20,000 bases of DNA. It comes from Candidatus Aminicenantales bacterium (lineage in GTDB: Bacteria > Acidobacteriota > Aminicenantia > Aminicenantales > Saccharicenantaceae). The notes under the pieces were generated by a model. The model had not been told where the DNA came from and did not search any database. It saw nothing but the letters and a program-made list of their open reading frames with translations. Each line of letters opens with the position of its first letter. Within the stretch, counting starts at the first letter, position 1. A program made the position numbers and the translations under genes. Shown piece after piece: positions 1 through 9,920 of this stretch. The stretch lies in NCBI GenBank assembly GCA_049512315.1, contig JBEKXF010000015.1, positions 57,401 to 77,400 of the forward strand, written 5' to 3'.

Positions 1-1003
1 GGGGGTTCACTACAAGGGACCCACCTCCTGATATTTCTGGGACAGCTGTCCGATCCGATACGATCACAGGGACTCCACACGCCATGGCTTCCAAGGGCGG
101 AATTCCAAACGTTTCTAGTTCAGATGGGTAGACGGCCAAGTCAGCGGCAGCATAAAACAATCTCAAATCCCAATGGTGAACGTAATCAAAGAAATGAATA
201 TAACGAGTTAATTGCATTTCAATTGCTTTATTTTCAATCTGCCTCCGATATCCTTTGATATCGTTCCCAATCAGGACCAAATGATAAGGAAGACCTCTCT
301 CCCTTAATTTACTAAATGCGTTCAATAATAGGCTATGATTTTTGTATGGGCGGAAACTGGAGACATAGATTATGAACGGATAATCAATAGAGAAACGACT
401 TTTAAACCCCTTAATTACCTGCGGGTCTAGCCAATTCATGTTGAAGAAATCATTATCAAGTGCTTCATAAATAACATGTACGCGTTCGGCGTTAATCCCG
501 AAGCACTCAACGATTTTTGCTTTCGTATATAAACTATTGGCTATTATTAGTTCTGCCCTACGAGCTTTCCTTCGGCCCATCCATTTACGATAACTCGCTT
601 TCCAAAATCCGATTTCCTCAGGTACGTCAATATATTGGAGGTCGACGATTTTAAAAACTTCCTTAATGTTCGGAATGCCAAATATCGGTTCAGGATTCAT
701 AGAAAAGTGGACGTCTAGTCTCATTTTGTGACAGAGGTAGGGAAGTATTATGTTTTGGACGGGTATTCGAAACAATCTCATTGTAGCAGGAACTCTGATC
801 TGCTTTAGAATAATCCGAGGTGCTGTCTCAGGCGTAACGAATTTCGTATAATATTCGTGTTGTAGAGGAGAAACAAAAACTATAATATTGAGCGAATTAT
901 CGATGCGAGGTACGATTTGAATCATTTTTCGAATTGCCCCGACGGCTCCGCTTTTCCCAGGGTTGGCGGGAAATGCGTCGATGCCAATCTTTAGTTCGCT
1001 CAT
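1..1003 (-). CDS. Glycosyltransferase family 4 (GT-B), 3'-truncated by the window edge
   Basis: Not in the ORF track. Hand translation from ATG at 1003 reads MSELKIGIDAF...RPYKNH...YPSELETFGIPPLEAMACGVPVIVSD and stays open to the edge. It has the ExFG-x4-EAMAxG motif of GT4. Confidence 0.9.
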   Translation of the reverse strand, partial: MSELKIGIDAFPANPGKSGAVGAIRKMIQIVPRIDNSLNIIVFVSPLQHEYYTKFVTPETAPRIILKQIRVPATMRLFRIPVQNIILPYLCHKMRLDVHFSMNPEPIFGIPNIKEVFKIVDLQYIDVPEEIGFWKASYRKWMGRRKARRAELIIANSLYTKAKIVECFGINAERVHVIYEALDNDFFNMNWLDPQVIKGFKSRFSIDYPFIIYVSSFRPYKNHSLLLNAFSKLRERGLPYHLVLIGNDIKGYRRQIENKAIEMQLTRYIHFFDYVHHWDLRLFYAAADLAVYPSELETFGIPPLEAMACGVPVIVSDRTAVPEISGGGSLVVNP

Positions 1004-1004
1004 A

Positions 1005-1784
1005 TTATAAAAATGAGCGGACCACCCTTCTCAAGGCAATTAAAATATAATACTCAATTTGGCTTAACCCACTTTTTATTGAGTGACCGAATTTTTTAGG
1101 AAAGTGCTTTTTTTGAAGGATATAGGACTCGGATCTAAATCCAGATTTTTGCGTGATCCCTTTGCTTGATTCATGGTAACGGAACTTGCAAATAAGAAAA
1201 GGAACACTCTTAATATTAAAGCCGCTGTTCAGTGCCTTGCTGAAAAAGTCAAAATCCATGCAATAATGCAACTGCATATCCAAAGGACCGCATTGATTCC
1301 AAACACGTCTTCTCCAAAAAGCCGTGGGTTGGCAAATATTAATTCCCACCTTAAAGAATTCTTTTATGAACGGATAATAGAATCCCTTTCTGATCACCCT
1401 TCCCTTTTGGTTAATATCATAATGAAACCCATAAATAACATCGGCAAAAGGCATAGCCATAAAATATCTAGCAACTGCAAACAAAGCGCCGGCATTATAA
1501 ACGTCATCTGAATTTAGCCACGCCAATATTTCTCCGGATGACTTCGCGAATCCCTTATTGATAGCTTCGCTTTGTCCCCGGTCCTTTTCAGATACCCAAT
1601 AGGAGATGCTCTTTTCGTATTTTTTTATAACATCTATGGAACTATCCGTAGATTGGCCATCGATAATAATGTATTCCAAATTAGGGTAATCCTGATTGAT
1701 GACGCTTCTAATGGTCTCTTCAAGAAATAACCCCTGGTTATAACTTGGAGTCACGACAGAAATCTTGGGCCATTGAGGGATCAT
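1005..1784 (-). CDS. Glycosyltransferase family 2 (WfgS/PGL-like GT-A)
   Basis: ISVVTPSYNQ, IIIDGQSTD, NSDD (DxD-like) and the DFDF motif; stop is 1 nt from the next start. Confidence 0.92.
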   Translation of the reverse strand: MIPQWPKISVVTPSYNQGLFLEETIRSVINQDYPNLEYIIIDGQSTDSSIDVIKKYEKSISYWVSEKDRGQSEAINKGFAKSSGEILAWLNSDDVYNAGALFAVARYFMAMPFADVIYGFHYDINQKGRVIRKGFYYPFIKEFFKVGINICQPTAFWRRRVWNQCGPLDMQLHYCMDFDFFSKALNSGFNIKSVPFLICKFRYHESSKGITQKSGFRSESYILQKKHFPKKFGHSIKSGLSQIEYYILIALRRVVRSFL

Positions 1785-1791
1785 TAATGCC

Positions 1792-2526
1792 TTAATTTAT
1801 CTTTTTAACAAAGATACATTCGATTTGATACATTCGGCCCCTTTTAACGTCAGTAAAACCGGGAAAAATCCCAAATAGATCATACCCAAGATTTTTAACA
1901 AAGGGCAGCATCTGGCCAAAATCTCTTTGGCCATCGTACATAGGTATTATGGACATCTCGATTTGCATTACGAAGATCTTATCCAAGATATCCGCAGCCC
2001 CTTCTAATACCTTATCTTCATATCCCTGGCTATCGATCTTTAAGAACGCAGGACGACCCTCTTCTTTGATAATTTTTCTGCCAACCTCATCTAACCTGTA
2101 CATCTGGACTTCTTCAGAGCCTATATATATCGAGTTCGGCTCTGCATTTATGTGCTCCTGGAGGATAGGAAGGATTGAACTACTTACGCTATTTTTAGAA
2201 ATGTTAATCGTTGTAATCTTATTAGCCTCGCCGATAGCACAGCGTTCCGCCAAGCTCCATTTTTTTACTCCACGAGTTTTTTCTCTTAATAATCTATAAG
2301 GACCAGATAAAGGTTCAAAAGAAACTATTTTCCCTTTGTAGCCATGTTCAATCAACCCGATCGCATACTGCCCAACGTTGGCCCCTACATCGAATACGAG
2401 GCCGATTCCATATTCATCCAATAAGAGCTTCACCATTTGAAACGGTGAACTTCCCGGAGTGAATTGAACGACATCGTAGCCGAATCTTCGAAGAAGAGAT
2501 TTAATGGTTTTCTTGAATGGATTCAA
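1792..2526 (-). CDS. FkbM-family SAM-dependent methyltransferase
   Basis: VFDVGANVGQY, SFEP and LKIDSQGYE motifs; TTG start preceded by AGGA. Confidence 0.9.
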   Translation of the reverse strand: MNPFKKTIKSLLRRFGYDVVQFTPGSSPFQMVKLLLDEYGIGLVFDVGANVGQYAIGLIEHGYKGKIVSFEPLSGPYRLLREKTRGVKKWSLAERCAIGEANKITTINISKNSVSSSILPILQEHINAEPNSIYIGSEEVQMYRLDEVGRKIIKEEGRPAFLKIDSQGYEDKVLEGAADILDKIFVMQIEMSIIPMYDGQRDFGQMLPFVKNLGYDLFGIFPGFTDVKRGRMYQIECIFVKKIN

Positions 2527-2550
2527 CGTTTTCCTAGAGAAGGTCTCAAT

Positions 2551-3729
2551 TCAATTCATGCTAGAACAAATGGACTGATAGAGCCTTAAGTGTTGCGCGG
2601 CCACGACATCTGGATGAAATGCTCTTTTTGCGTATTCCGCTGCCTTTATTCCGATTTTCTTTCTCAGGCCATCTTCCTTTAAAAGCCATATCGCTTTTTC
2701 TGCTAAGTCTTTTGAATTCCCGACTTCAAACAACACTCCAGTTTCCCCATCCACGATGTTCTCTTTAATTCCACCCGTTCGTGATCCAAGGACGGGCAAG
2801 CCCATGGCCATTCCTTCAACTACGGTACAGCCAAATGGCTCATAAATAGACGGGGTCACGACTAGGTCGGTATTCCGAAGCTCTTGAATGATCTGGTCCC
2901 ACTCCATCCATCCTAGGAAAGCGACATTATTTGCAACGCCCAAATACCTTGATCTATTTACAATCTTAGACATTGATAATTCTGTAGTATTTCCAATAAC
3001 CTTCAATACGACTTCATGGATTTTTTCCCTGATCAAGGGGAGAGCATCCATTAGGATTTCAAGGCCCTTTTCTCTTCTTAATTGGCCGAAGAATGCTATC
3101 GTTAATCGCCCATCCGTTTTCGAATCGTAATCAACTTTGCTATGGTTAAAAAAGTCGCTATGAACGCAATTGGGAATGCGGTGAATCTTTGCTGTTGTTA
3201 GGGGGCTAATGATTTCCCCGATATAGCGGCTATCCACCGTAATATGGGAAGCATTCTTAATAGTATACTTTTCAAAATGCCTAAAAATAGCCATCGTCGA
3301 CAAACTAGGCTGTCCAGTAATTTTCATTAACATCGGCAAATAATTATGAATTCCAGCAATAGATCGGTAATTCGAAGTTATTGCATAATATGGATCTCCA
3401 GTCTCAGCGTGATGACCGTGGACTATGTCGGGCTTTATTTTTTTTAATTCTCTATGGACGAGCATTTTTGGATATTGAAGGAATGTAAAGCTGGTAAGTT
3501 TCGGAGGAATCCCGACAAAATGAATATTGATATTTCCATCGCGGACTAGCTTCGTCCCCCGGATATGCCGTGTCATGGATATCTGGTGAACATCTACTCC
3601 AGGGATCTTCGATAACCCAAGGCTCAGATTTATCGTGCCGGTCGCACGCGTATAATCCTCAACACGGATTCCGAGTTTTTCTTGTATTTGAGGAGTTAAG
3701 ATATATGGGCAAATAACAGCGATTATCAT
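2551..3729 (-). CDS. Glycosyltransferase family 4
   Basis: FGQLRREKG and PSIYEPFGCTVVEGMAMGLPV...GGIKENIVDGETG motifs. Confidence 0.92.
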   Translation of the reverse strand: MIIAVICPYILTPQIQEKLGIRVEDYTRATGTINLSLGLSKIPGVDVHQISMTRHIRGTKLVRDGNINIHFVGIPPKLTSFTFLQYPKMLVHRELKKIKPDIVHGHHAETGDPYYAITSNYRSIAGIHNYLPMLMKITGQPSLSTMAIFRHFEKYTIKNASHITVDSRYIGEIISPLTTAKIHRIPNCVHSDFFNHSKVDYDSKTDGRLTIAFFGQLRREKGLEILMDALPLIREKIHEVVLKVIGNTTELSMSKIVNRSRYLGVANNVAFLGWMEWDQIIQELRNTDLVVTPSIYEPFGCTVVEGMAMGLPVLGSRTGGIKENIVDGETGVLFEVGNSKDLAEKAIWLLKEDGLRKKIGIKAAEYAKRAFHPDVVAAQHLRLYQSICSSMN

Positions 3730-3736
3730 AGCGATG

Positions 3737-5089
3737 CTATACTGACAAAGACATTGTTATTCGTGGTCGCTCGGCAATTAAGTTTATCGCTAAAAACATA
3801 AATATTTGAAGATAGAAGAGTGTGAAGTTTATAGTGCTTGTCAACCCTGAGAAAAGCAAAACAATCAAGGGAACGACATTAAGCAGTAGCCTAGCATTAT
3901 TTCTATATTTTTTTATCATTTTAAATAGAATTTGCATATTCGCAAGAACAAAAAGGATTACTGCGAATATCCCGTTTTCTACTAATATGTTTAGATAAAT
4001 ATTGTGGGCAGCTGTAAAATACCACCCGGAAATCTTATAGAGGTATTCTCCGAAACCACGAGCGCCTACGCCAAAAATAATATTTGATATATCAGATTTT
4101 AAAATTGGAGCCCAAATACCTTCCACACGACTTAGAATTGTAGAATTGCCATAGGGATAAAATATATCAATCACCATATTTTTCCATGGAGTTAATAAGA
4201 TAAGAGCACCGAACGAAACCGCAAGTATGCTTGCAAGAACATACTTTCTTCTAGCAACCTGATAGATTAATAATGCTATAGCAAGGCTAAATACTGATGC
4301 CCTTGCAGAAAAGCGGGTCATCATATATCCGCTGATAACCACCGCTATGCTCCATAGCACGATTCGTATAATACGGTTTTCCTGCATTATCTTAGTAATG
4401 AGAATAGGGAATAGGACAGCAATCCATACAGATAAATCGACGGCTGATAGAATCCCGGGGCTTAGTCGACTTATCCCTATGCCTCCTACATCGATTATTG
4501 CGCTGGGCTGCGTCACATATATCATGATCGAATAAGCTACCAGTGCGGCCAATACAAGCAAGAGTGAATTTTGAATTATATAAATATCTTCCCGTCTAAA
4601 ATAAAGAACTGCGACTGCATAGAATAAAATAATTGCCGCGATTTTTATTAATTCTTTAAATGATGCTATCTTTTCTGAATGAAAAACAACCGTTTCCAAT
4701 AAACATACAAAAATAAAAGCCAGAAAGACCAACAATCCGGGTGTCTTCACGATAGTTTTAATAAAAGAAATCTTCTTTATATTATAGAAAATTAAAAAAA
4801 TGCTTCCTGCCACGAAAGCGAAACTGATCATGCCCTCATATGTCACTGACCATGTTCCCGGATCCAATATGCTTGTTTCCGTCTTCTCGACGAGTATTGT
4901 TCCCGCCGATATCAATAAATAAAATATTATCAATCCCAGTGGTGGGCGCCATAGGAGGATCAAAAGAAAGGTTGCCGAAAACCCAGCCAACATAAGAATG
5001 CCGTAATCGCCGAAGTACGGCAAAATAAACAGAAAAACTACTAATATTAAAACAAACTGGCGAACAAAATTATTGTTATGTACTTGCAC
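3737..5089 (-). CDS. O-antigen polymerase/ligase family membrane protein (Wzy/WaaL-like)
   Basis: Many hydrophobic segments, SARAS, GVGARGF and AAHNIYLNILVENGIF (Wzy_C-like). The ORF-track start at 5248 overlaps wzx by 134 nt; the in-frame GTG at 5089 is the likelier start, but this is uncertain. Confidence 0.8.
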   Translation of the reverse strand: MQVHNNNFVRQFVLILVVFLFILPYFGDYGILMLAGFSATFLLILLWRPPLGLIIFYLLISAGTILVEKTETSILDPGTWSVTYEGMISFAFVAGSIFLIFYNIKKISFIKTIVKTPGLLVFLAFIFVCLLETVVFHSEKIASFKELIKIAAIILFYAVAVLYFRREDIYIIQNSLLLVLAALVAYSIMIYVTQPSAIIDVGGIGISRLSPGILSAVDLSVWIAVLFPILITKIMQENRIIRIVLWSIAVVISGYMMTRFSARASVFSLAIALLIYQVARRKYVLASILAVSFGALILLTPWKNMVIDIFYPYGNSTILSRVEGIWAPILKSDISNIIFGVGARGFGEYLYKISGWYFTAAHNIYLNILVENGIFAVILFVLANMQILFKMIKKYRNNARLLLNVVPLIVLLFSGLTSTINFTLFYLQIFMFLAINLIAERPRITMSLSV

Positions 5090-5114
5090 AGGAATAATTG
5101 TCCGTTGCCTAGAG

Positions 5115-6701
5115 CTATTCAAGGGCCTTCTGAAGCTTTCCGAATAATCTACTTTTTGTATTCGCCGCGATATTCGCAAGTAATGTTTTTTCTTCCTGTG
5201 TCCATTTTTCGAGTAGAAAAGTCGCGATGAAATAGACAACGATGCCAAGTAGGATACTCAAACCGAGTTTAATCAGTAACAGGGCATGCCTTAACACTAA
5301 AGATAAAAACATGATTGTTGCCCCTGTAATGAACATTATTAATAATCTTTTAGCATAGTCCCTTATCGAACCTGGCTTAACCTTTAATAGCCAAACTACT
5401 TCGCCGAGAACAATTGATTGAATAATCACGTATGTAACGGCGACAGATATTGCAGCTCCAATCATCCCCCATAGCGATGTCATATATATGGACAAACCAA
5501 GATTTAGGGTCAACATTAGAATTCCGTTTATAATCAATAATTTTCTTTTGTCGTACATAAGAAGTATAGTTCCTGAAGCTCCAAAGATAGTTTGATATAA
5601 CTGAGCAAATGCGAATATTTTTAGCGCATAACTTCCAATAGCAAAATCTGGTCCGAATATCCTTAGCATATCTTCACTCAGGCAAAATATGATAACAAAC
5701 CCGATTCCGCTTATTAGCCCTATCCATTTTGCAGATATCGAAAATACTTTATCAACACCATCCTTGTTTTTTTGTCGAATGAATTTCGCAATTGATACTG
5801 CAAATAATTCTCCAAACACAATCAATGGGATGAGTATCACAGAGCCAAGGATTCGCACGATTGCATAAACGCCTGCTTCACGTGAAGAAGACATATATCC
5901 GACCACCCACAGGTCGAGCTCTCTTGATGCCGTTGTCAGAAACGGGACAATGGTTAGCGGAGCTGAATAGCGTAATAAATCTCCCATTTCGATGCCGTGC
6001 TCTTCCTCAACAGGCACTGGCAATCTTTCATTTAACTTCTTAAGTTCTTTAGTTAGAATTATGGCTAAGGCACATGAAGAAAGGATAAGTCCTGCGATTG
6101 TCCCAAGGAGCAACGCAATTATATGATTAAAAAAGAAAAGAAAGACGATAGTGATGACTAGACGAGATATGTTCCTTATTATTTGGTCAAATATTGTGAT
6201 TTTATAATTTTTCTGAATTACGGTGAAACTCGACTGGAGGATCGGAATTAGACTTATCAAAGGAAAAACCAATATGAGGTCATCAAAAACATTGATGCTT
6301 CCTACGCTTCTAACTAAAAGGGGATAAGCAATTTTCCTCAAGATAATAAAATAGGAAAATACTATCGAGGTTGATATAACCAGGACCGAAATACAGCTGA
6401 GCTTTATCAAGCGCGAGACATTATTCGCATCGTTGGCGCCAAGATAATATCCTCCTTTTCGAAGGACGGTCAGATTCAATCCAAGCCCGGGAAGAATCTG
6501 GCTTATCATCATAATACTTAGGCCTACTCCTATTGCGCCAATTGCACTCGCCCCCACTGTACGCGCAAGAACAATGCTTGTTAAGAACGAAATGGCGTAG
6601 GCAATAGGGCGCAATAATCCATCATAAATCCCAGATTTAGATATAATCGTTAGTTCAGAGAGGATGTGTTTCTGATTCTCGGAGATCACATGGATTTCCA
6701 T
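5115..6701 (-). CDS. wzx: Polysaccharide flippase (Wzx/MATE-like)
   Basis: About 12-14 hydrophobic segments; LARTVGASAIG, D-x5-Y...EAGVYA and WGMIGAAIS motifs; first gene of the low-GC block. Confidence 0.85.
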   Translation of the reverse strand: MEIHVISENQKHILSELTIISKSGIYDGLLRPIAYAISFLTSIVLARTVGASAIGAIGVGLSIMMISQILPGLGLNLTVLRKGGYYLGANDANNVSRLIKLSCISVLVISTSIVFSYFIILRKIAYPLLVRSVGSINVFDDLILVFPLISLIPILQSSFTVIQKNYKITIFDQIIRNISRLVITIVFLFFFNHIIALLLGTIAGLILSSCALAIILTKELKKLNERLPVPVEEEHGIEMGDLLRYSAPLTIVPFLTTASRELDLWVVGYMSSSREAGVYAIVRILGSVILIPLIVFGELFAVSIAKFIRQKNKDGVDKVFSISAKWIGLISGIGFVIIFCLSEDMLRIFGPDFAIGSYALKIFAFAQLYQTIFGASGTILLMYDKRKLLIINGILMLTLNLGLSIYMTSLWGMIGAAISVAVTYVIIQSIVLGEVVWLLKVKPGSIRDYAKRLLIMFITGATIMFLSLVLRHALLLIKLGLSILLGIVVYFIATFLLEKWTQEEKTLLANIAANTKSRLFGKLQKALE

Positions 6702-6794
6702 ACCGATAATTAGTCTATATGGTCCCCAAGTCCTTCTTGAGTACCTATTTTCGTCAGGGACAAGGATTCTAACCCTACCCTCATTGCCTCACAA

Positions 6795-6823
6795 AGCCTA
6801 CTGAACAATCTAGCCTTGTGCAA
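6795..6823 (-). promoter_or_regulatory. Candidate sigma70 promoter for the wzx block
   Basis: TTGCAC-17 nt-TAGGCT on the minus strand, about 95 nt upstream of the wzx ATG. Confidence 0.35.
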
Positions 6824-7234
6824 TTCAGCGCGCCCGATCATCTTTGTTCTATTGCGGTCAATAGGTGCCTATAGCGCTTGCGGGAAAAACAAAGCCCTCA
6901 ACCCCGGCTACCAACTAACGAACAGGGGCTTAAAAAAGCGGATTTTTGAGCAGGAGTACGTATTCCACGTTAAGAACCTCTATGAATGGCCGGCGTGTCC
7001 ACAAACTCATTGCGATACCCAATCCGAATAAAGTTCGATAGACTGCTATTTTACTAACCGTCGGCAAATAGACACAAGTCTTCGAGACAATCGCTTTCAA
7101 TTTAGGGCCAAAAAGCTTAATCATTTAATTACAATAAAGCGAGATGTCTTTTTCTGGAAAAACCGTTTCTCAGCTTTCTCTGTTTCAAAAAGAACCCGAG
7201 AGCATTTTCATGTAAAAAGAAACGGTTTCAACGA

Positions 7235-7568
7235 TTACCTTCTTATCGCCATCCTGACCTGCTCGGCTACCCAATGTTAAATGAGGTTGATACCTCTTTT
7301 AAAGAGCACCCTGACTTCAAGCCGATTGGATAAATCTTAGCGTTGCTATAATTGCATGAGTGAACGCCTACAGGGTCCATAACCTATTTAACACGGGTAT
7401 TCTTATGGCAACCCTAGACATTGTTTTGTCAAGCTTCCTAACTGAAACATACTCCGGGCACCCGAAATTAATGAGAACATCGATGTCGGAGTATATTAGG
7501 AGATATATTCTCTCCAACATGTCATTTATGTATGTGTAAGAACGAATTGCTATCCCGTCTCCTCATGC
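7235..7568 (-). pseudogene. Degenerate 3' third of a GDP-mannose 3,5-epimerase-like gene (paralogue of 9921-10874)
   Basis: Translates [42 protein letters not shown] versus [43 protein letters not shown] (31/41 identical from GDG). It continues PVGVHSCNYSNAKIY and WVAEQ with frameshifts and stops, ending in TAA at the equivalent position. Confidence 0.93.
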
Positions 7569-7833
7569 CCCTGACGATCCTCTCAAGCACGCGCATGATC
7601 TTTCATCCCTGGCTGGCCTTTTTCTGGGCTTTACCACGTTTGCCTCTAAACAGGTTCGTCCCCGCTTCCGGCAGGATATTCCCTCCAATCGCCGACTACG
7701 CTCCTCAGAAAGCAGCCTTCTCGCACTCAAGGTCGAGGTCGGGCAGGGCAAAGTGAACGGCGCTTGTCCTGAGACAATCCTCGGCCTCTTCGATAATGTC
7801 AATCCGGAAAGGGTTGCACTTAATGAAATAGAT
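7569..7833 (-). pseudogene. Degenerate C-terminal half of a RAYT-like transposase (paralogue of 10930-11610)
   Basis: FIKCNPFRIDIIEEAEDCLRTSAVHFAL versus FIENDPVREGVVEKAEDYPWSSARHHVL (12/28). After a frameshift, GCFLRSVVGDWREYPAGSGDEPV*RQTW*SPEKGQP versus GCFLNGEVKDWRAYLTARGDEPVLVRTWQSLKTGRP (19/36). Confidence 0.88.
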
Positions 7834-7881
7834 ATAATCTTGGCATTGTGGACCAATGTGTTTATTAGCTGAATATTAGCG

Positions 7882-8853
7882 TTATGACCCATCCCCTGAT
7901 TTTTGCCGCCAGAAGGCTAGCGTATCACGGAGAGTTTGATCAATCGGGATCCGAGGCAACCAGCCTATTCCTTCTGAGATCTTTCGGTTACTGCCGATGA
8001 GGGAATTCACATCGGCCTTCCTGAATTTAGCCGCGTCAACTTCGACTAAGATAGGTGTTTTCCCACGAGTTTCTCTGACCAGAAAGTCTAGAACCTCACG
8101 AAGCGCAGTCGCCTTCCCTGAGCAAACATTATAGGGCTCGCCCCAGCGCCCTTTTCTAAGCAGGAGGATATATGCCTTAACGACATCGCGAACGTCGCAA
8201 AAATCCCGCTGTACATCAAGATTCCCGACCTTAAGGGTGGGGGCGATATCTCCTCGCTCGATTTGGGCAACCTGGCGGGCCCAGTCGGAGCAGACGAAGT
8301 CCTCCGCCTGACCCGGGCCCGTATGGGGGAATGGCCGGGCGATGACGATGTCGATGTTCTCGATCTTTTCATAAAATCCACAGAGCATTTCGCCGGCAAC
8401 TTTGGAATAAGCATACGGGTCAACGATCTGGATCGGCGCATCTTCGTTTATGGCCTCGGCCGGCGCAGGCCCGAAGCCGTAGACATCTGAAGAGCTGATG
8501 AAGAGCACTTTGGCCGCAGGCGCGCTCAGCCTGACGGCTTCAAGAAGATTATGAGTGCCAAGGACGTTTGTTTCGATCGTCTCGCTCCTCTTCTCCCAGG
8601 ACCTGCGTACGTTCGAAATGGCCGCAAGATGGAAGATCCAATCGGGCCGAATCTCGCTTACGAGTTTTATCGCGTCTTTTTCCGAACGCAGGTCCAGGAA
8701 AAAGAACTTATTTCGGGAGGGCGGCGGGACATCCGGATAGGCGGTGCCGAATATCTCGAATGCGGACGGTCCTTCTGCCTCAAGGGCCCGGATAAGATGC
8801 CCTCCGGCAAATCCGGTCGCGCCGGTGATGAGAACCCGGGTCTTTTCGCTCAT
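7882..8853 (-). CDS. rmd: GDP-4-keto-6-deoxy-D-mannose reductase (Rmd-like) extended SDR
   Basis: LITGATGFAG, HLAAIS, SSSDVYG, YAYSK (YxxxK), RPFPHTGPGQ and VGNLDVQRDF; directly after gmd. Start reassigned to ATG 8853, just after the gmd stop. Product stereochemistry (rhamnose vs 6-deoxytalose) cannot be resolved. Confidence 0.72.
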   Translation of the reverse strand: MSEKTRVLITGATGFAGGHLIRALEAEGPSAFEIFGTAYPDVPPPSRNKFFFLDLRSEKDAIKLVSEIRPDWIFHLAAISNVRRSWEKRSETIETNVLGTHNLLEAVRLSAPAAKVLFISSSDVYGFGPAPAEAINEDAPIQIVDPYAYSKVAGEMLCGFYEKIENIDIVIARPFPHTGPGQAEDFVCSDWARQVAQIERGDIAPTLKVGNLDVQRDFCDVRDVVKAYILLLRKGRWGEPYNVCSGKATALREVLDFLVRETRGKTPILVEVDAAKFRKADVNSLIGSNRKISEGIGWLPRIPIDQTLRDTLAFWRQKSGDGS

Positions 8854-8857
8854 CTTA

Positions 8858-9916
8858 TCAGAAACCGGGCCCTTTCGGCAGCCACTGTAATCCTTTTTCG
8901 AGAACGATTTTTTTCCCTTGCCCTGGTGGCTCAACCCCCAGCATCTCGAGATCGGCGTCGACCATGATTTTAACAAGGTCTTTGAATGTGATTTTAGGAA
9001 CCCAGTTTAACTTCTCTCTGGCCTTTCCGGCGTCGGCCCTAAGTTCCGGGACTTCCGTGGGCCGGAAATGTGCTGCCTCGACGACGATATGTTTATGCCG
9101 GTCGAGATTGACATATTTGAAGGCCTCGTCTACGAATTCCTCGACGGAATGAGCCTCTCCCGTTCCGATGACATAGTCGTCAGGCGATTCCTGTTGGAGC
9201 ATTTGCCACATGACCTCGATATACTCCGGGGCGTATCCCCAATCTCTCTTGGCACTCAGGTTGCCCAAATAGATGTTCTTTTCTTTATTGGCCAGGATTT
9301 TGGCTATCCCCCGGGTGATTTTTCTGGTGACAAAGGTCTCCCCTCTTCTCGGAGACTCATGGTTAAAGAGAATTCCGTTGCAGGCAAACAGGTTGTAACC
9401 CTCGCGGTAGTTCCTGACCATCCAATAGGCGTAAACCTTTGCCGCAGCGTAGGGGCTTCGGGGCTGGAAGGGTGTATCTTCATTTTGTGGGGCCGGGGCG
9501 CTGCCGAACATTTCACTACTCGAAGCCTGATAGAACTTGGTCTGGATCCCACTCCTCCGCACGGCTTCCAAAAGGCGGGTGGTTCCCAGGCCGGTGATAT
9601 CGCCGGTGTATTCGGCGAGGTCGAAGCTGACCCGGACATGGCTCTGGGAGGCCAGATGATATATTTCATCAGGCTTAATGTTATAGATAATCTCCGTAAG
9701 CTGCTCGGAGTCGGCGAGATCTCCATAATGGAGAAAAAACCGGGCACCGGGAAGATGGGGATCTACGTAGAGATGGTCGATCCTGCTCCGGTTGAATGAG
9801 CTGGACCTCCGGACGATTCCATGGACCTCGTAGCCTTTTGAGAGCAGGAACTCAGCGAGATAAGAACCGTCCTGGCCTGTGATGCCAGTTATCAGGGCTT
9901 TTTTTCTGTCGGCCAT
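8858..9916 (-). CDS. gmd: GDP-mannose 4,6-dehydratase
   Basis: [56 protein letters not shown] and RDWG; AAGGAG RBS before ATG 9916. Confidence 0.97.
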   Translation of the reverse strand: MADRKKALITGITGQDGSYLAEFLLSKGYEVHGIVRRSSSFNRSRIDHLYVDPHLPGARFFLHYGDLADSEQLTEIIYNIKPDEIYHLASQSHVRVSFDLAEYTGDITGLGTTRLLEAVRRSGIQTKFYQASSSEMFGSAPAPQNEDTPFQPRSPYAAAKVYAYWMVRNYREGYNLFACNGILFNHESPRRGETFVTRKITRGIAKILANKEKNIYLGNLSAKRDWGYAPEYIEVMWQMLQQESPDDYVIGTGEAHSVEEFVDEAFKYVNLDRHKHIVVEAAHFRPTEVPELRADAGKAREKLNWVPKITFKDLVKIMVDADLEMLGVEPPGQGKKIVLEKGLQWLPKGPGF

Positions 9917-9920
9917 ATTC

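Noticed and set aside
5090..5248. Basic N-terminal extension of the Wzy-like ORF
   Set aside because: It overlaps the wzx 3' end in another frame and is likely an artefact of longest-ORF calling.
6930..7124. 64-aa minus-strand ORF upstream of wzx
   Set aside because: No RBS, motif or homology that I can recognise.
7563..7892. 109-aa minus-strand ORF (and the 74-aa plus ORF 7532-7756)
   Set aside because: These are off-frame reads across the RAYT remnant; the homology lies in other frames with stops and frameshifts.
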